Shown: piece after piece, positions 26,681 through 40,580 of the stretch
Layout of the letters: the number at the start of each line of letters is the position of its first letter
Numbering within the stretch: the first letter of the stretch is position 1
DNA from: an uncultured delta proteobacterium
Lineage (GTDB): Bacteria > Myxococcota_A > Polyangia > Polyangiales > Polyangiaceae
DNA: 64,000 nucleotides
Direction: 5' to 3'
NCBI GenBank assembly: GCA_963716725.1
Contig: CAVQUB010000005.1
Location: forward strand, 192,001-256,000
Notes under the pieces: generated by a model
The model's database searches: none
Told to the model about the DNA's origin: nothing
The model's input: only the letters and a program-made list of their open reading frames with translations
Translations under genes and position numbers: made by a program

Positions 26681-27970
26681 TCAGGCTGCGCCGTTCAGGG
26701 CGGCGACGCGTTCGTGCTTCGGTGGGCTCGGCACTCCCTGCGCGCGCGTCTGATACACTCGATTCAAGAAACGCTCGACGCCTTCGATCACGCGCACGCT
26801 GCGCGGCGAATAGAATATATCGAAGGCGTGCTGGGCGCCGGGCAGCTCTGCGTAGGCCACTGCGGCTCCGGATCGCTCGCGCAGCAGTTGCACGAACGCT
26901 CGGGCGTATTGTACTGGCGCCAGGGTATCCCGGTCGCCGTGGATCACGAAGAAGGGCGGCGCGTCCTCGCGCACGTGGTCCAGAGGAGAAGCGTCGTGGA
27001 ACCTGCTCGGCTCCTCCGTCAGTTTCGCCTTCATCACCAGGGGCTCGAGCAGCATCGACAAGAACCCCGGGGGATACAGCTTCAGCCGATCAACAAAGCA
27101 ATACACCCCATAAAACGGCACTGCGGCTTGCACCGACGTGTCCAGCGTTTCGAATCCAGGTTGGTACGCTGGATCATTCTGGGTCAGCGCCATCAACGCC
27201 GTCAGGTGGCCACCGGCCGAGCCGCCCGTCACCACCACGAAGTCCGGGTCGACGCCGTACTCGTCCGCATGTTCGCGGATCCACGCCAGGGCGCGTTTGA
27301 TGTCGACCAGGTGATCCGGAAATGTGGCGCCCGGGCTCAGCCGGTAATCAACGTTGAAGCCAACCCAACCATGACTCGCCAGGTGATACAAAAGCGGTAG
27401 CCCTTGATCGCGACGGCTCCCGAGCACCCAGGCGCCGCCGTGGATCTGGAGCACCGCCGGGCGCTTATCGCCTGGCGTCGCGGGCTGATACACGTCGAGC
27501 AGCAGGCGTTTCTTGCCGATCCGTGAGTACTCGACACCGCGAGATCGCTGCACGCCCCGGCGACTCATGAGCAGCGGCGTCAGCAGCTTGGTCCACGGCA
27601 CCCGCGGCCACTCTTCGAAAGGCTGGAAGTCCGAAAGCGCCCCGCGCACGACCTGCTCCGCGCGCCGTGCGCTTGCCCGGATGGCGATCAGCGTTGCCCA
27701 TGAGATCGCCGTGAGACTGAGTGCCACCCATCCTGGCCAATATTCCAGCGCGCCCAGCCAGACGAACAGCGTTGTGCTGAGCAACTGCCAGACGAACTGA
27801 TGCGCCACCATCTCGCCCACGACCAACGACGACAGAAACGCCGGAATCAACAGCAGCCGCCCGCCCTTGATCGGTCGCAAGGCGTTCAGCGTGAAGCCGG
27901 CTCCGGCCAGCGCCACAGCCAAGAACAGCCACGCCACATAGGGCGTCCATTGGTCAAACCAGGCGGGCAC
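26681..27970 (-). CDS. Membrane-anchored alpha/beta hydrolase (HSL-type esterase/lipase)
   Basis: HGGAW, G-G-S-A-G-G, HG.RD and GAQHAFD motifs; N-terminal TM helices. Confidence 0.9.
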   Translation of the reverse strand: MPAWFDQWTPYVAWLFLAVALAGAGFTLNALRPIKGGRLLLIPAFLSSLVVGEMVAHQFVWQLLSTTLFVWLGALEYWPGWVALSLTAISWATLIAIRASARRAEQVVRGALSDFQPFEEWPRVPWTKLLTPLLMSRRGVQRSRGVEYSRIGKKRLLLDVYQPATPGDKRPAVLQIHGGAWVLGSRRDQGLPLLYHLASHGWVGFNVDYRLSPGATFPDHLVDIKRALAWIREHADEYGVDPDFVVVTGGSAGGHLTALMALTQNDPAYQPGFETLDTSVQAAVPFYGVYCFVDRLKLYPPGFLSMLLEPLVMKAKLTEEPSRFHDASPLDHVREDAPPFFVIHGDRDTLAPVQYARAFVQLLRERSGAAVAYAELPGAQHAFDIFYSPRSVRVIEGVERFLNRVYQTRAQGVPSPPKHERVAALNGAA

Positions 27971-28161
27971 GTACCTACGCCATCATGCAACCGTTCGGCG
28001 CAGTGTAAAGGGCGCCGGACTACCGCTTGCGCTTCTTGGGCTCGAACAGCAGCCACCAACGCGCACGCTTGGAGGCGGGGTTGAAGTGGAGCCAGAGGTC
28101 GTTCGTCTCTCTCTCCAGAAGCGCTTCAGTATTTGTTGGGCGCTGCCTCAGCGAGCTCAGC

Positions 28162-30075
28162 TCACCGCCGGAGCAACTCGGCCTTCTTGGCCAGTTCGAC
28201 GAACTCACGCCGACGTTCGTCGAGCTCGCCCGTGCTCGCGAGGCGCAGGACGTCGGCGTAGGTCGAGCTGCCCCTGTGCGGCGAGTCTCGGAGCAGCATG
28301 CCGAACTGGGCCACCGCGGCCGCGAAGCGGAAGTCGTTCGACTCTCTGGCGTCGGCGTCGCGGACCACCACCTCCATGAGCTGGCTCGTGTCGCTGCTTG
28401 GCGCCTTGTAGCGAAGCTTCACCGTTCCGAGTTCGCCTTTCGCCGCCTTGCCCGTGGGCGCGCCGGGGGCCTGGTACTTCAGCGGATCGACCCCGGGCAT
28501 GCCGCAGCCCTCGCCCCGCCGGCACGATCTCGTACAGCGCGGTCACGGTGTGGCCGGCGCCGATCTCGCCCGCGTCCTTCGTGTCGTCGTTGAAGTCCTG
28601 CGTGCGCCAGCACGCGGTTCTCGTAGCCGATCAGCCGGTAGCGCCGCGACCTCGCGCCGGGTTGAACTCGACCTGGATCTTCACGTCCTTGGCGATCGTG
28701 ACCAGCGTGCCGCCGACCTGCTCGACCAGCACCTTGCGCGCCTCGCTCAGCGTGTCGATGTAGGCGTAGTTGCCGTTGCCCTTGTCGGCGAGCTTCTCCA
28801 GCGTGCGCGTCCTTGTAGTTGCCCATGCCGAAGCCGAGCACGCGTGAGGAAGACGCCCGTCTTGGCGCTTCTGCTCGATCAGGCCGACCAGCTCGCTCTG
28901 GCTCGGTGACGCCGACGTTGAAGTCGCCGTCGGTGGCCAGGATCACGCGGTTGATGCCGCCCTCGACGAAGTTCTCCGCGGCGAGCTGGTAGGCCAGCTC
29001 GATGCCCTGCGCCGCCGTTGGTCGAGCCGCCCGCCTCCAGCCGGTCGAGCGCCTCGAGGATGGCCCCGCGCTCGGTCGCCGGGCGTCGGCGGCAGCACCA
29101 GCGCCGGCCGCTCCGGCGTAGACGACGATCGCGACCCGGTCGCTCGCGTCGAGCTGCTGCGACCAAGCAGCGCGAACGCCTGCTTGAGCAGCGGCAGCTT
29201 GTTCGGCGTCGTCCATCGAGCCCGAGACGTCGATCAGGAACACCAGGTTGGTGCCGGCACGCTCCGCCGGCGTCGACGTCGCTTGCCCTTGAGGCCGATG
29301 CGCACCAGCCGGTGCTCGGGCGCCCACGGGCAGCCGCCGACCTCGCGTCGTGACCGAGAAGGGACGCTCGCCCGTCGGGCTCGGGATAGTCGTAGCGGAA
29401 GTAGTTGATCATCTCCTCGATGCGCACCGCGCCCTTGGGCGGCAGCTGCCCATCCGTCAGGAAGCGCCGGACGGTCGCGTACGAGGCGGTGTCGACGTCG
29501 ATCGAGAAGGTCGAGCGCGGATCGGTGGCGACGCGAACGAAGGGGTTGTCGGAGTAGTGATCGTAGGCTTCGCGATCGAAGCGCTTGCCCTCCCCCTGCC
29601 CGTCCCCGAGCTTGCCCTTCTCGGCCGGGGCTGCTGCTGATGCGAGCGATGGGGCCACCGGCATGTCCGTCGAGTGCAGAACACTCTTCCGCTCGAGGTG
29701 ATCGATCGACGCGGATTCGGGGCTGCGCTGCTCGGCGCTCACGAAGAAGAGCGCGCCGGCCGCCGCCGCCGTCGCCGCCAGCGCGGTGAAGACCGCCGCT
29801 CGCAGGCCCCGTCGGCGCGGCTTGGCCTCGATGCGGGTGACCTTCGTGCCTCCGAGCTCTTGCCGAATGCGCTCTCGCCGCAGGTCGTCCAATGCCCGCT
29901 CTGGCCTCGCACCGAGCTCGCTCCGAATCGCATCGAGCGTGGCCTCGATGCCCGAGAGTTCGTCGCGCAGGTGCTCAGAACTCGCCAACTCGGCTTCCAG
30001 TGCCGCGCGCTCGTCGCCGACCAGCTCTCCCAGTGCGTAGGCCGTGAGCCGAGGATCTTCCGTTGCGGTGTTCAT
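28162..30075 (-). CDS. YfbK-like VWA-domain protein with anti-sigma-like N-terminus; many frameshifts at about 28480-29370
   Basis: [76 protein letters not shown] and FAAAVA.FGMLLR pieces spread over several frames. Confidence 0.85.
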
Positions 30076-30602
30076 GACGTCCTCCCGAGAGTGCGGGCCG
30101 GCAGCCCGGACTCGGCTGCGATTTCGCGCTTCATGCGCGTGACCGCCGTGTGCAAGATGAAACCCACGTTGCTGGTGGTGAGCCCCATCACTTCGGCGAT
30201 CTCCCTGTAGCTGAGCCCCGCGTCGAGCTTGAGCACGAGTGCCTCGCGCTCGCGCTCGGGCAATGACTCCAGCGCCGCGCCGATGCGGGTCATGGCTTCC
30301 TTTCGCTCGAGTTTGCTCACAGGTCCACTGTCGGGTGCTTCGTTCACGTCTGCCTCCTCCAAGCTGTGAAGGCGACGCGCTTTGCGACTCAGGTCGAACG
30401 CACGGTGCTTGCACACCGTGAACAGCCACGCGGCCAAGTGCCCCTCCACCGATTCTCGGTTTGCTCTACAGAGCTCGAGGAAGGTGTCTTGCACCACGTC
30501 CGCTGCTTGCGACTCGCCGACCAGGGTCGTTGCATAACGGAGCAGCGCGGCTTCGTACCGAGTCAGGGCATCCATCACCCACCGCGCCGCTTCGTCCTGC
30601 AT
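30072..30602 (-). CDS. ECF RNA polymerase sigma factor
   Basis: A.DVVQDTF, WLFTVC.H, LP.REREALVLK...GLSYREIA motifs; ATGA overlap with the VWA gene. Confidence 0.92.
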   Translation of the reverse strand: MQDEAARWVMDALTRYEAALLRYATTLVGESQAADVVQDTFLELCRANRESVEGHLAAWLFTVCKHRAFDLSRKARRLHSLEEADVNEAPDSGPVSKLERKEAMTRIGAALESLPEREREALVLKLDAGLSYREIAEVMGLTTSNVGFILHTAVTRMKREIAAESGLPARTLGRTS

Positions 30603-30762
30603 CGCCTTCGAGTGGACAACGTGGCCGTCGGGGGTTTCTTAGAAGATTTTTTCTCTCCACCGAAGCCCCGAGAAATGCAGGACTTTTCCCGGTGAGTGGG
30701 GGCGCGGGGTTTCGGGAGCCGCTCGCCGGCCCCAGGTGGGGCAGTCTCGACGGAGGTCACGG

Positions 30763-32041
30763 GTGGATCACAGCGACGATCGCGACGCGCTCGCCGAGCG
30801 CTTTCTTCGGGTGCGAACCGGCACCGAAGCGCTTGCTTTGCCCTTGTCCGCGGAAGACCAGCAGCTGCAGTCCATGCCAGATGCGAGCCCGACCAAGTGG
30901 CATCGTGCCCACACCAGCTGGTTCTTCGAGGAGTTCCTGCTCGGACCAGCGGGAGTGCCCCCCATCGACGAGCATTGTCGCTACCTCTTCAACTCTTACT
31001 ATGACGCGGTCGGTCCACGTCATGCGCGTCCTCGGCGTGGGATCCTGTCTCGGCCCAGCGCCGACGAGATCACGGCGTATCGGCGCGCCGTGGACGGCCG
31101 CATGGTCGAGCTGTTGCGAGGCCTCGACGAGGGGCGGCTGGAAGAGATCCGGCCCTTGGTCGCCCTCGGGCTCGCGCACGAGGAGCAACACCAAGAGCTG
31201 ATCCTGACCGACATCCTGCACGCATTCTCCGAGAGCCCGCTCCTGCCGGCCGTGCGCCCTGCCGGCGAGCGACCCGAGCTCGGGCCCGAGTCGAGTCCGC
31301 CGCTCGCGTTCGTGGAGTTCGCTGGCGGGGTCGTCGAGATCGGGGCCCCGCCCGCTGCGGGGTTTCACTTCGACAACGAAGGCCCCCGGCACCGGGTCTT
31401 CCTCGAGCCCTTCGCGATCGCTTCGCGCCCCATCAGCGTGGCCGAGGTGCGGGCTTTCATCGAGGCCGGAGGCTATCGGAGGTCCGCGCTGTGGCTCTCC
31501 GAGGGCTACGAACATGCGCGCAGGCAGGACCGGGAAGCGCCCGCTTGTCTGCGCCTCGATGGGGGCCGAGCCCTGATGTTCGGAGTGGATGGCGAACGCG
31601 AGGCGCTCGATGACGAGCCGGCCTGTCACCTGAGCTACTACGAAGCGGACGCCGTCGCGCGCTTCTTGGGCGGGCGCCTGCCCACCGAGCACGAGTGGGA
31701 GCATGTGGCCGCGCGCAGCGACCCGAGTCGGGGAAATTTCCGAGAGAGCGGCGCGCTCCGCCCTCGGCCGGCCTGCGACGGGGACTTCGCGGTGCGGCAG
31801 CTCTTCGGCGACGTGTGGGAGTGGACGCGCGTCGGCCTACGCCGCGTATCCGGGCTTCCGGCCGGCGACGGGCGCCGTGGGTGAGTACAACGGCAAGTTC
31901 ATGGTCAACCAAATGGTGCTGCGCGGCGGGTCGTGTTTCACGCCCCGCGGTCACGTTCGGGTCTCGTACCGAAACTTCTGGCACCCAGGCACGTTCTTCC
32001 AAATGACCGGCGCACGAGTGGCTCGGTCCCTCGACAGCTAG
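30763..32041 (+). CDS. egtB: Ergothioneine biosynthesis sulfoxide synthase (frameshift near 31830)
   Basis: [57 protein letters not shown]-terminus YPGF...[17 protein letters not shown] in another frame. Confidence 0.92.
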
Positions 32042-32048
32042 ACACCAC

Positions 32049-33011
32049 ATGGATCACGCAGCATCAGCCATCGCCGACGAAGTCCGACGCGGCCTGACCG
32101 CGCCGCAGAAGCGTTTGCCCCCGCACCTCTTCTACGACGAAGAAGGCTCTCGATTGTATGAGCTCATCACCGAGCTCGACGAGTACTACCCGACGCGCAC
32201 CGAGCGCGCGATCCTCGAACGGCACGCGCATGAGATCGTCGCGCGCGCAGCCGACGGTGACGCGCAGCCGCTGAGGGTGGTCGAGCTGGGAGCCGGGTCG
32301 GCGGACAAGACGCGGTTGATCCTCGCGGCCGTCGTCGCCGCCCAAGGACCCACCACCTACCTCCCGGTGGATGTCTCGCCGACAGCCCTCGACGCAGCCA
32401 AGTGCCGCATCGAGTCCGAGCTCAGCGAGGTCCAGGTGCGACCCTTCGTCGGGCGGCACGAAGACGCCGCCGCGACCATCGCCGAGCTGGGACCGCGCCG
32501 GCTCGTGCTGTTCATTGGCAGCTCCATCGGCAACTTTGACGACGACGAAGCCGTCCGCTTGCTCTGCTCCGTGCGCCGAGGACTCTTGCCCGGCGCCGCC
32601 CTGCTCTTGGGCACGGACATGAAGAAGAGCCCGGCGCGCCTCGTGCCCGCCTACGACGACGCCTCCGGCGTCACCGCCGAGTTCAACAAGAACGTGCTCC
32701 GGCGCATCAACCGTGAGCTCGGCGGACAGTTCGATCTCGGGCTATTCCGCCATGTGGCGCTCTGGAACGAGCAGGCGTCCCGAGTCGAGATGCATCTCGA
32801 GGCCGGGGTCGAGCACGACGTGTCCATCGAAGCCCTCGGTCTTCGAGTGAAGTTTCATCGCGGTGAACGCATCCACACCGAGTCGAGCATCAAATACGAC
32901 TTGCCGCGTGTCGATGCGCTCCTCGGGCGCTCGGGCTTCGTTCGCGAGGCGACCTTCAGCGACGACCAGGGGGCGTTCGGAGTCCACCTCGCCCGCGCCC
33001 AGGTCTCGTGA
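32049..33011 (+). CDS. egtD: L-histidine N-alpha-methyltransferase
   Basis: K.LPP..FYD..GS.L.E.I..L.EYYPTR.E, ELGAG, GSSIGN, AYDD..GVT..FN.N.L, IHTE.S.K motifs. Confidence 0.95.
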   Translation: MDHAASAIADEVRRGLTAPQKRLPPHLFYDEEGSRLYELITELDEYYPTRTERAILERHAHEIVARAADGDAQPLRVVELGAGSADKTRLILAAVVAAQGPTTYLPVDVSPTALDAAKCRIESELSEVQVRPFVGRHEDAAATIAELGPRRLVLFIGSSIGNFDDDEAVRLLCSVRRGLLPGAALLLGTDMKKSPARLVPAYDDASGVTAEFNKNVLRRINRELGGQFDLGLFRHVALWNEQASRVEMHLEAGVEHDVSIEALGLRVKFHRGERIHTESSIKYDLPRVDALLGRSGFVREATFSDDQGAFGVHLARAQVS

Positions 33012-34303
33012 GGCGTGTCGAGAGCAGCTCGGCGAGTCCGGTCAGCGGCACCGAGACCCAAGTCGGGCGATTGTCGAGCTCGTAGGCGACCTCGTAGAGC
33101 GCCTTCTCGAGCAGGCAGACCTCGAGCTCCGCATGGAAGTCGCGCTCGCCGAGCGGGATCAGGCCAGAGCCGGCGACTCGCTCGCGATAGCCCGCGAGGA
33201 AGGCCGCGCTCGCCGCGCTGAGCCAGCGCTCGCTCCAGGGCAAGAGGAAGCCGACGTCGTCGTGGCGCGGCCCCGTCGAAGGGACCTCGGCCGCGAGCAC
33301 GCTGTGCACGGCGTACTGAAACGAACGCAGCATTCCAGCGACGTCGGTCAGCGCCGGACGGCGCCGTCGCCGGTCGGCGAGGCTTCGCGCCGGCTCGCCC
33401 TCGAAGTCGATGATGGCGAAGTCGCGGCCGGTGAACAGCACCTGTCCCAAGTGAAAGTCGCCGTGCACTCGGATCCCCGTCGACGCGCGGTCGTCGTCGA
33501 GCGGCGTCCGCAACCGCGCCTCAATCGCTCGGCGCTTGCGCAACACGCCCCGCGCCAGCGTCGTGGTCGATTCTGTGAGACGGGGCAGCGCTCGCTCCAG
33601 CATGTCGAGAGAGCGCGCCGCGAGGGTGTGACGCCCCTGATATTCGGGGCGAGCGTTCAGGGGCTTGGGCACGAAGTCCGGGTGCGGCGAGGCAGCGAGC
33701 GCAACGTGCAAGTCGGCGGTGCGCCGCCCGAGCTGTTCCGCGATGGTCGCAAACGCACCGAGCACCTCGCCGTCGGTCGGGGCGCCGCTGCGCTTCCCCG
33801 TCGGAGCGGCGGTCCCCCGCACCATGGCCCGTTCGAAAGAGCGCCGCACCTCGTCCAGCGTGAGCTGCCACGCCGAGCCCTGGTTGGGGATGAACCGCGT
33901 GAAGCTCGCCACGGTTCGGACGATCCCGTCGCCCGCGTGCAGATCGAGACACCCGAGCAGCTCGGGAACCAGGAGCTCGGTCGCACGAGGTGCGAGCTCG
34001 CGCAGCATTTCGACCTCGACGCTGGGTCCATCGTCGAGGCGGCGCATCCATTTGCACACGACCTCGGCACCCAGCACGAAGCAGGTGTTGGTCTGGTCGG
34101 CCGACGTCCGCTGCGCCGTTCCCAGGCTCCGTTGCGTGACCTTCGGACTCACGCTGCCCACCAGGGAACCCCGCGGAGTCTGGGTCCGACGTCCGGCGCG
34201 AGCCAAGCTGAGCAGGATCTCACCCATCCCGGGCTCGTCGCTCACGTCGACGAGCGCGCGGCTCCAATCGCTGCCCTTTCGGCGGACGTGGGCGAGCGCG
34301 TCG

Positions 34304-36223
<1,920 letters not shown>

Positions 36224-36224
36224 G

Positions 36225-37607
36225 CTACCAGCGCCGGCCCCGGGGGGCGCCCTTGAGGTCGGGCCCCCGGTCGACTTCGACCAGTGGGATCTTCTTCGAC
36301 TCTTCCTGGTAGATGCTCTTCATTTCCGCGAGCTTGTCCGGGTGCGAGGCCGCCAAATCGTTGGCCTCCCAGGGGTCCTTGGCCAGGTCGAACAAGAAGA
36401 AGGCCTTGTCGTCGCCGAAGCCGACGATCTTCCAGTCCCCGTCGATGACCGCGCGCCGTCGGTCCATCAGATCGGCTCGCGGCTGGTCGGCGATGACTCG
36501 ACGCTTCGTCGCGGGCTCGTGCCCCAGCACCTCGTCCACCAGGCTCTTGCCGCGGAAGGGCGGCGTCGCCGGCAGGCCCATCAAGTCGGCGATGGTCGGT
36601 GCCAGGTCGATCTGGCTGCGGCGCACGTCGGAGACGATGCGGGGTGCGAGGCCGGGCATGCACACCAGCCACGGCACGCGGATGATGGACTCCCACAGCT
36701 CGTGACCGTGACGATTGTGATCGCGCTCGCCGAAGCCTTCCCCGTGGTCGGAGCTGATGATCACGGCGGTGTTGGACCACCAGGGCTGTTTCTGCGCGAA
36801 GTCGAGCAACTCACCGATCCAATGGTCCGTGTACAGCACCTCATGGTCGTACAGATCGCGGCCGCGCTTGCCGAACTGCTGGAACCCCTTGTGCCGTTCG
36901 TAGGTGTGGTGAGGGTCCATGTAGTGCACGAAGGCGAAGAAGCGCTTGTCGCCGCCGGGCTGGGTGTTCGCGGCGTCGCCGAGCACTTCCCGGGCCAGAT
37001 CCGTGAGGGGCTCGCTGGTCACCGACGAAACCTCTTTGAGATCGACGCCCCCGGGCAGGGTGCGGTGAACGTCGAAGCCCTGTTGGGCCAAGAATGTCGG
37101 CAAGAAGTAGCCGTGCGCGTGCGTCGAAAGCGTCCGGTGTCCGGCGGCCTGGGCCCGCTCGCTGATGAAGAGGTTGTCAGCGTCGGGGTAGCGGGTGAAA
37201 AAATAGGCGTCGCGGCGCATGGCGCTCGGGTATTCACCGACCAGCGCCGGCACGACGCTCTTCGCGGTGTAGCTCGAGAGCGAGTAGCCGTTGGCGTAAG
37301 CGACGCAGTGCTTCTTCCGGAAGGCGTCGATGCGTGGAGTCGTCTCTCGCGGGTAGCCCGTCCACGAAACGTCGCCGCGCAGGCTGTCGACGAAGATCAG
37401 GATCACGTTCAGTGGTTTGCGAGCCGTCGGAGCGCTGCTCGCGCTCGGTGCCGCCGAGGGAGCGGCGACGGCTGCCGGCGGCGCAACGCTCTGCTCCGAC
37501 GCGGGCGGCGGTGCCTTGTGGTCGCATGCCGGAAGGGCGAGGGACAGGGCCAGCGCGGCCAGCGGTAGCTTGAGCGACGTGACCGGTCGCGTCTTGCGCA
37601 GGCGCAC
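36225..37607 (-). CDS. Sulfatase/alkaline-phosphatase-superfamily lipoprotein (in frame with upstream otsB)
   Basis: Internal GTG gives MRLRK...[29 protein letters not shown] (no CxPxR), HYMDPH, SSDHGE.F, HG..L, D..PTI motifs. Confidence 0.8.
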   Translation of the reverse strand: MRLRKTRPVTSLKLPLAALALSLALPACDHKAPPPASEQSVAPPAAVAAPSAAPSASSAPTARKPLNVILIFVDSLRGDVSWTGYPRETTPRIDAFRKKHCVAYANGYSLSSYTAKSVVPALVGEYPSAMRRDAYFFTRYPDADNLFISERAQAAGHRTLSTHAHGYFLPTFLAQQGFDVHRTLPGGVDLKEVSSVTSEPLTDLAREVLGDAANTQPGGDKRFFAFVHYMDPHHTYERHKGFQQFGKRGRDLYDHEVLYTDHWIGELLDFAQKQPWWSNTAVIISSDHGEGFGERDHNRHGHELWESIIRVPWLVCMPGLAPRIVSDVRRSQIDLAPTIADLMGLPATPPFRGKSLVDEVLGHEPATKRRVIADQPRADLMDRRRAVIDGDWKIVGFGDDKAFFLFDLAKDPWEANDLAASHPDKLAEMKSIYQEESKKIPLVEVDRGPDLKGAPRGRRW

Positions 37608-38327
37608 GAGCTCGTCGAGCAGAGTATCCATCTCGCGTTGGTCCTTCAGATGATGGCTGGCCGCTGTCGTCCGCGACGGGCCGACACGTACGCCGAGCAG
37701 ACCGGGTCCCGCCAGCGCGAAGGCGTCCTCGTCGGTGACGTCATCGCCCACGAACAAGACCTCGTCGGCCCCCAGCTCGCGGCGCAGGCGGCGCACCGCC
37801 GTTCCCTTGTGGGGCGCGTTCTTCGGCACAACGTTCACCACCGCGTGGCCGTCCACCCGACGCACGCCGGCGAGCCGGTCGACGGCCGCCGCCACGGCGC
37901 GAAACGCCTTCCGGTGATCGGTCGCGCGCCGGTAGTGCACGCTGAGGGAGCCGCCTTTGTCTTCGATCTCGACGCCGGGCAGATCGGCGAAGTCGGCCTC
38001 GAGCTTTTGGCGCCACCGCAGCACCCGCGGCGAGGGTGCATCAGCGCTGCCGTCTTCCGCTCCGTGGTTCCCGACAATGGCTCGGAGTGGCACGCCGGCG
38101 AGGCGTGCGGCGACGTCGGCTCGGGCCCGCCCCGACACGACGGCTACTGGATAGAGCTTCGCGAGTGCGATGAGCCGCCGCCGCGTGGTCGCGGGCAAGC
38201 GCGCGCGGTCTCGATCGACCACAATCGGCGCCAGCGTGCCGTCGAAGTCGAGGACCAACAGAGCGCGCCCCGCGGCGAGCCTCGCCAACTCCGAGCGGCC
38301 GTCGCGGCCAAAGACGTACCGGGTCAC
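37608..38327 (-). CDS. otsB: Trehalose-6-phosphate phosphatase (no stop; reads into the sulfatase-like gene)
   Basis: LDFDGTLAPI, VVSGR, GNHG.E, EDK..S..HYR, HKG.A, GDDVTDEDAF HAD motifs. Confidence 0.9.
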
Positions 38328-40543
38328 GCTGCCTCGTCCGACAGGGAATCGAAGGTGAGGCGCACGCGCTGACGGCGCCGCAAGCGCGCCGCGTCGACCA
38401 GCATGCGCCCTGCCCAGCGATACACGTTGAACTCGGCGATGTGCCTGCGCAGAGCGTGCATGCGCTGACGCTGTTCGGCGGGCGGCATGCTCAGGGCTGC
38501 GGCCAGGGCGCCACTCGCCTGCTCGATGTCGTAGGGATTGACCAGAAAGGCTTCGGGCATCTCTTGGGCGGCTCCCGTGAACTGGCTCAGCACGAGGACT
38601 CCGGCTTCGTCGTCGCGCGCCGCCACGAACTCCTTGGCTACCAGGTTCATGCCGTCGTGCAGGCTGCTCACGTAGACGACGTCCGCGGCCCGATACAGCT
38701 CGAAGACCTGAGGGGGCTCGTGGTGTTCGCGCAAGAGAATCACGGGCAGATAGCCCTCGGTACCGAAGCGTTCGTTGATGCGCTCGGCGAGGGCCACGAC
38801 CGTGTCGTTGAGCTGGCGGTAGCGCTCGAGCGCCGTTCGGCTCGGGGCGGCGACCTGGATGAAGCTGAACCGGCCGCGGTACTCTGGGTGCTTCTCCAGC
38901 AACCGTTCGACGGCTTGGAGCCGCTCCTCGACTCCCTTGGTGTAGTCGAGCCGATCGACGCCGACGCCGATCAGCGCGTCCGCCTTCAACCCGAAGCGCT
39001 CGACCACCTGCTTTCGGCACTCGGCAGCCGGCGGGACCTCCGCCAGCCAGTGAACCGGCCACTCCACCGAGATCGGATAGGGTCGCACGAAGGTCCTCTG
39101 TCCCGAGCGCACCACCGCCGACAGCTCGCGGTCGATCCGAGCCTCGAGATAGCGATCGACGCTGTCGAAGAAGTTGTTGCAGTGCGCCTGGGTGTGAAAC
39201 CCGATGATGCTGCTTCCCAGGAGACCTTCGAGCAATTCCTTGCGCCAGGGACAGATGCCAAAGCGTTCGGCGTTGGGCCACGGCACGTGCCAGAAGGTAA
39301 TCACCGTGGCCTTGGGCAGACGCTCACGGATCATCTGCGGCGCGAGCGCCAGGTGGTAGTCCTGGACCAAGATGATCGGGTCGTCGGTGTCGACCTCGTC
39401 CACCACGGCGTCGACGAACTTGCGACTCGCGGCAGAATACTGCTCGAAATCATCGGCGCGGAACAGCGGCCGGGTGTGCGCAACGTGGCAGAGCGGCCAC
39501 AGCCCCTCGTTGGAGAAGCCGTAGTAAAACCCCTGCTCTTCGGCCTCAGTCAACCACACGCGGCGGATCGCGTAGGACTCTTCACCCGGTGGCACGCGCA
39601 CGCGATCGTTCGAGTCCACCGTGTCGCGGTCGGCGGAGCCGCTGCCGTGCGCCACCCACACGCCCGAGCAGGCGCGCATCACCGGTTCGAGCGCGGTGAC
39701 GAGGCCGCTGGCAGGGTGGATGACGCGGACGCCGCCGTCCTCGGTTCGCTGGTGAATGTAGGGCTCGCGGTTGGCGACGACGATGATGCGCTCACCGTGC
39801 AGATGCCGCTGAAGCGTCTGCTTGAGTCGAGCCGGCGTCCAGTTGCCGGCCTCGAGCTCGGCGTCGCGCTCGCTGACCACGCGTTCCACCAGGGCGCGCA
39901 CGTCGCTGATCAGCGGGCGGAACTCCGGTCGGGTGGGCGACTGCCCGCCGAGCTCGCCGCGCAGCTCGTCGCTCCACCGGCGAAACGCCCTTCTCGTCGC
40001 GAAGAAGGTCAACAGAGACGCCGCGACGGCCAGGAGCGCGAATGCCCCGAGCAGAAAGCGCTGGGTGGTGGTCTCACGCCGGTTCAAGAACGAAAGATCC
40101 TGCACCAGGACCACGAAACCCAGCCGGCCGGTGTCTGACCGCACGGGCATCGCGGAGACGTGTACGTCGCCACCGGGCAGCGCGTGGGTCTCGCCGATCG
40201 GGCGGTGGTCCGCCTGGTCGAGCTGCTGCCCCAGCATTCGGCAGGGGAAGACCGGGGGGAAGTCCCGGGTCCGAGCCACCACCTCGTTCGAGTCGGAACA
40301 GGCCGCAGCAGCCATGATGCGCTCGTCGCGTGTGATCTCGGCGAGCACCTCGGTCAGCTCTCCGGGGTTGTTCCAGTGCAGCACGAGCGACCGGCGCGCG
40401 CCGCTGAGCGCAAGGGCGCTCCGCAGGCGAACGTCCTTCTCGAACCACCCGCGCGTCGTGCGATGCACGAGTCCCCAGGCCGCGGCGGTGAGCAGCGCGA
40501 GCCCGACGACGAGCGCCGCAACGAGTCGGGTGGTCTTCGACAA
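38324..40543 (-). CDS. otsA: Trehalose-6-phosphate synthase with N-terminal 2-TM extracytoplasmic domain
   Basis: [60 protein letters not shown] motifs; about 200-aa N-terminal TM-loop-TM extension. Confidence 0.92.
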   Translation of the reverse strand: MSKTTRLVAALVVGLALLTAAAWGLVHRTTRGWFEKDVRLRSALALSGARRSLVLHWNNPGELTEVLAEITRDERIMAAAACSDSNEVVARTRDFPPVFPCRMLGQQLDQADHRPIGETHALPGGDVHVSAMPVRSDTGRLGFVVLVQDLSFLNRRETTTQRFLLGAFALLAVAASLLTFFATRRAFRRWSDELRGELGGQSPTRPEFRPLISDVRALVERVVSERDAELEAGNWTPARLKQTLQRHLHGERIIVVANREPYIHQRTEDGGVRVIHPASGLVTALEPVMRACSGVWVAHGSGSADRDTVDSNDRVRVPPGEESYAIRRVWLTEAEEQGFYYGFSNEGLWPLCHVAHTRPLFRADDFEQYSAASRKFVDAVVDEVDTDDPIILVQDYHLALAPQMIRERLPKATVITFWHVPWPNAERFGICPWRKELLEGLLGSSIIGFHTQAHCNNFFDSVDRYLEARIDRELSAVVRSGQRTFVRPYPISVEWPVHWLAEVPPAAECRKQVVERFGLKADALIGVGVDRLDYTKGVEERLQAVERLLEKHPEYRGRFSFIQVAAPSRTALERYRQLNDTVVALAERINERFGTEGYLPVILLREHHEPPQVFELYRAADVVYVSSLHDGMNLVAKEFVAARDDEAGVLVLSQFTGAAQEMPEAFLVNPYDIEQASGALAAALSMPPAEQRQRMHALRRHIAEFNVYRWAGRMLVDAARLRRRQRVRLTFDSLSDEAA

Positions 40544-40580
40544 GGGCCGACCACCTTACTCGTGCAGGGCTACGAGCCAA

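Noticed and set aside
22300..26700. Prophage or integrative element
   Set aside because: No integrase, structural or conjugation genes; only remnants.
28020..28150. Short minus-strand frame ending WLHFNPASKRARWWLLFEPKKRKR
   Set aside because: Possibly a gene-tail remnant, but it has no start and no recognisable family.
36225..39281. 1018-aa ORF taken as a single gene from 39281
   Set aside because: Its first ~318 codons overlap otsA out of frame; credible coding starts at the GTG at 38327.
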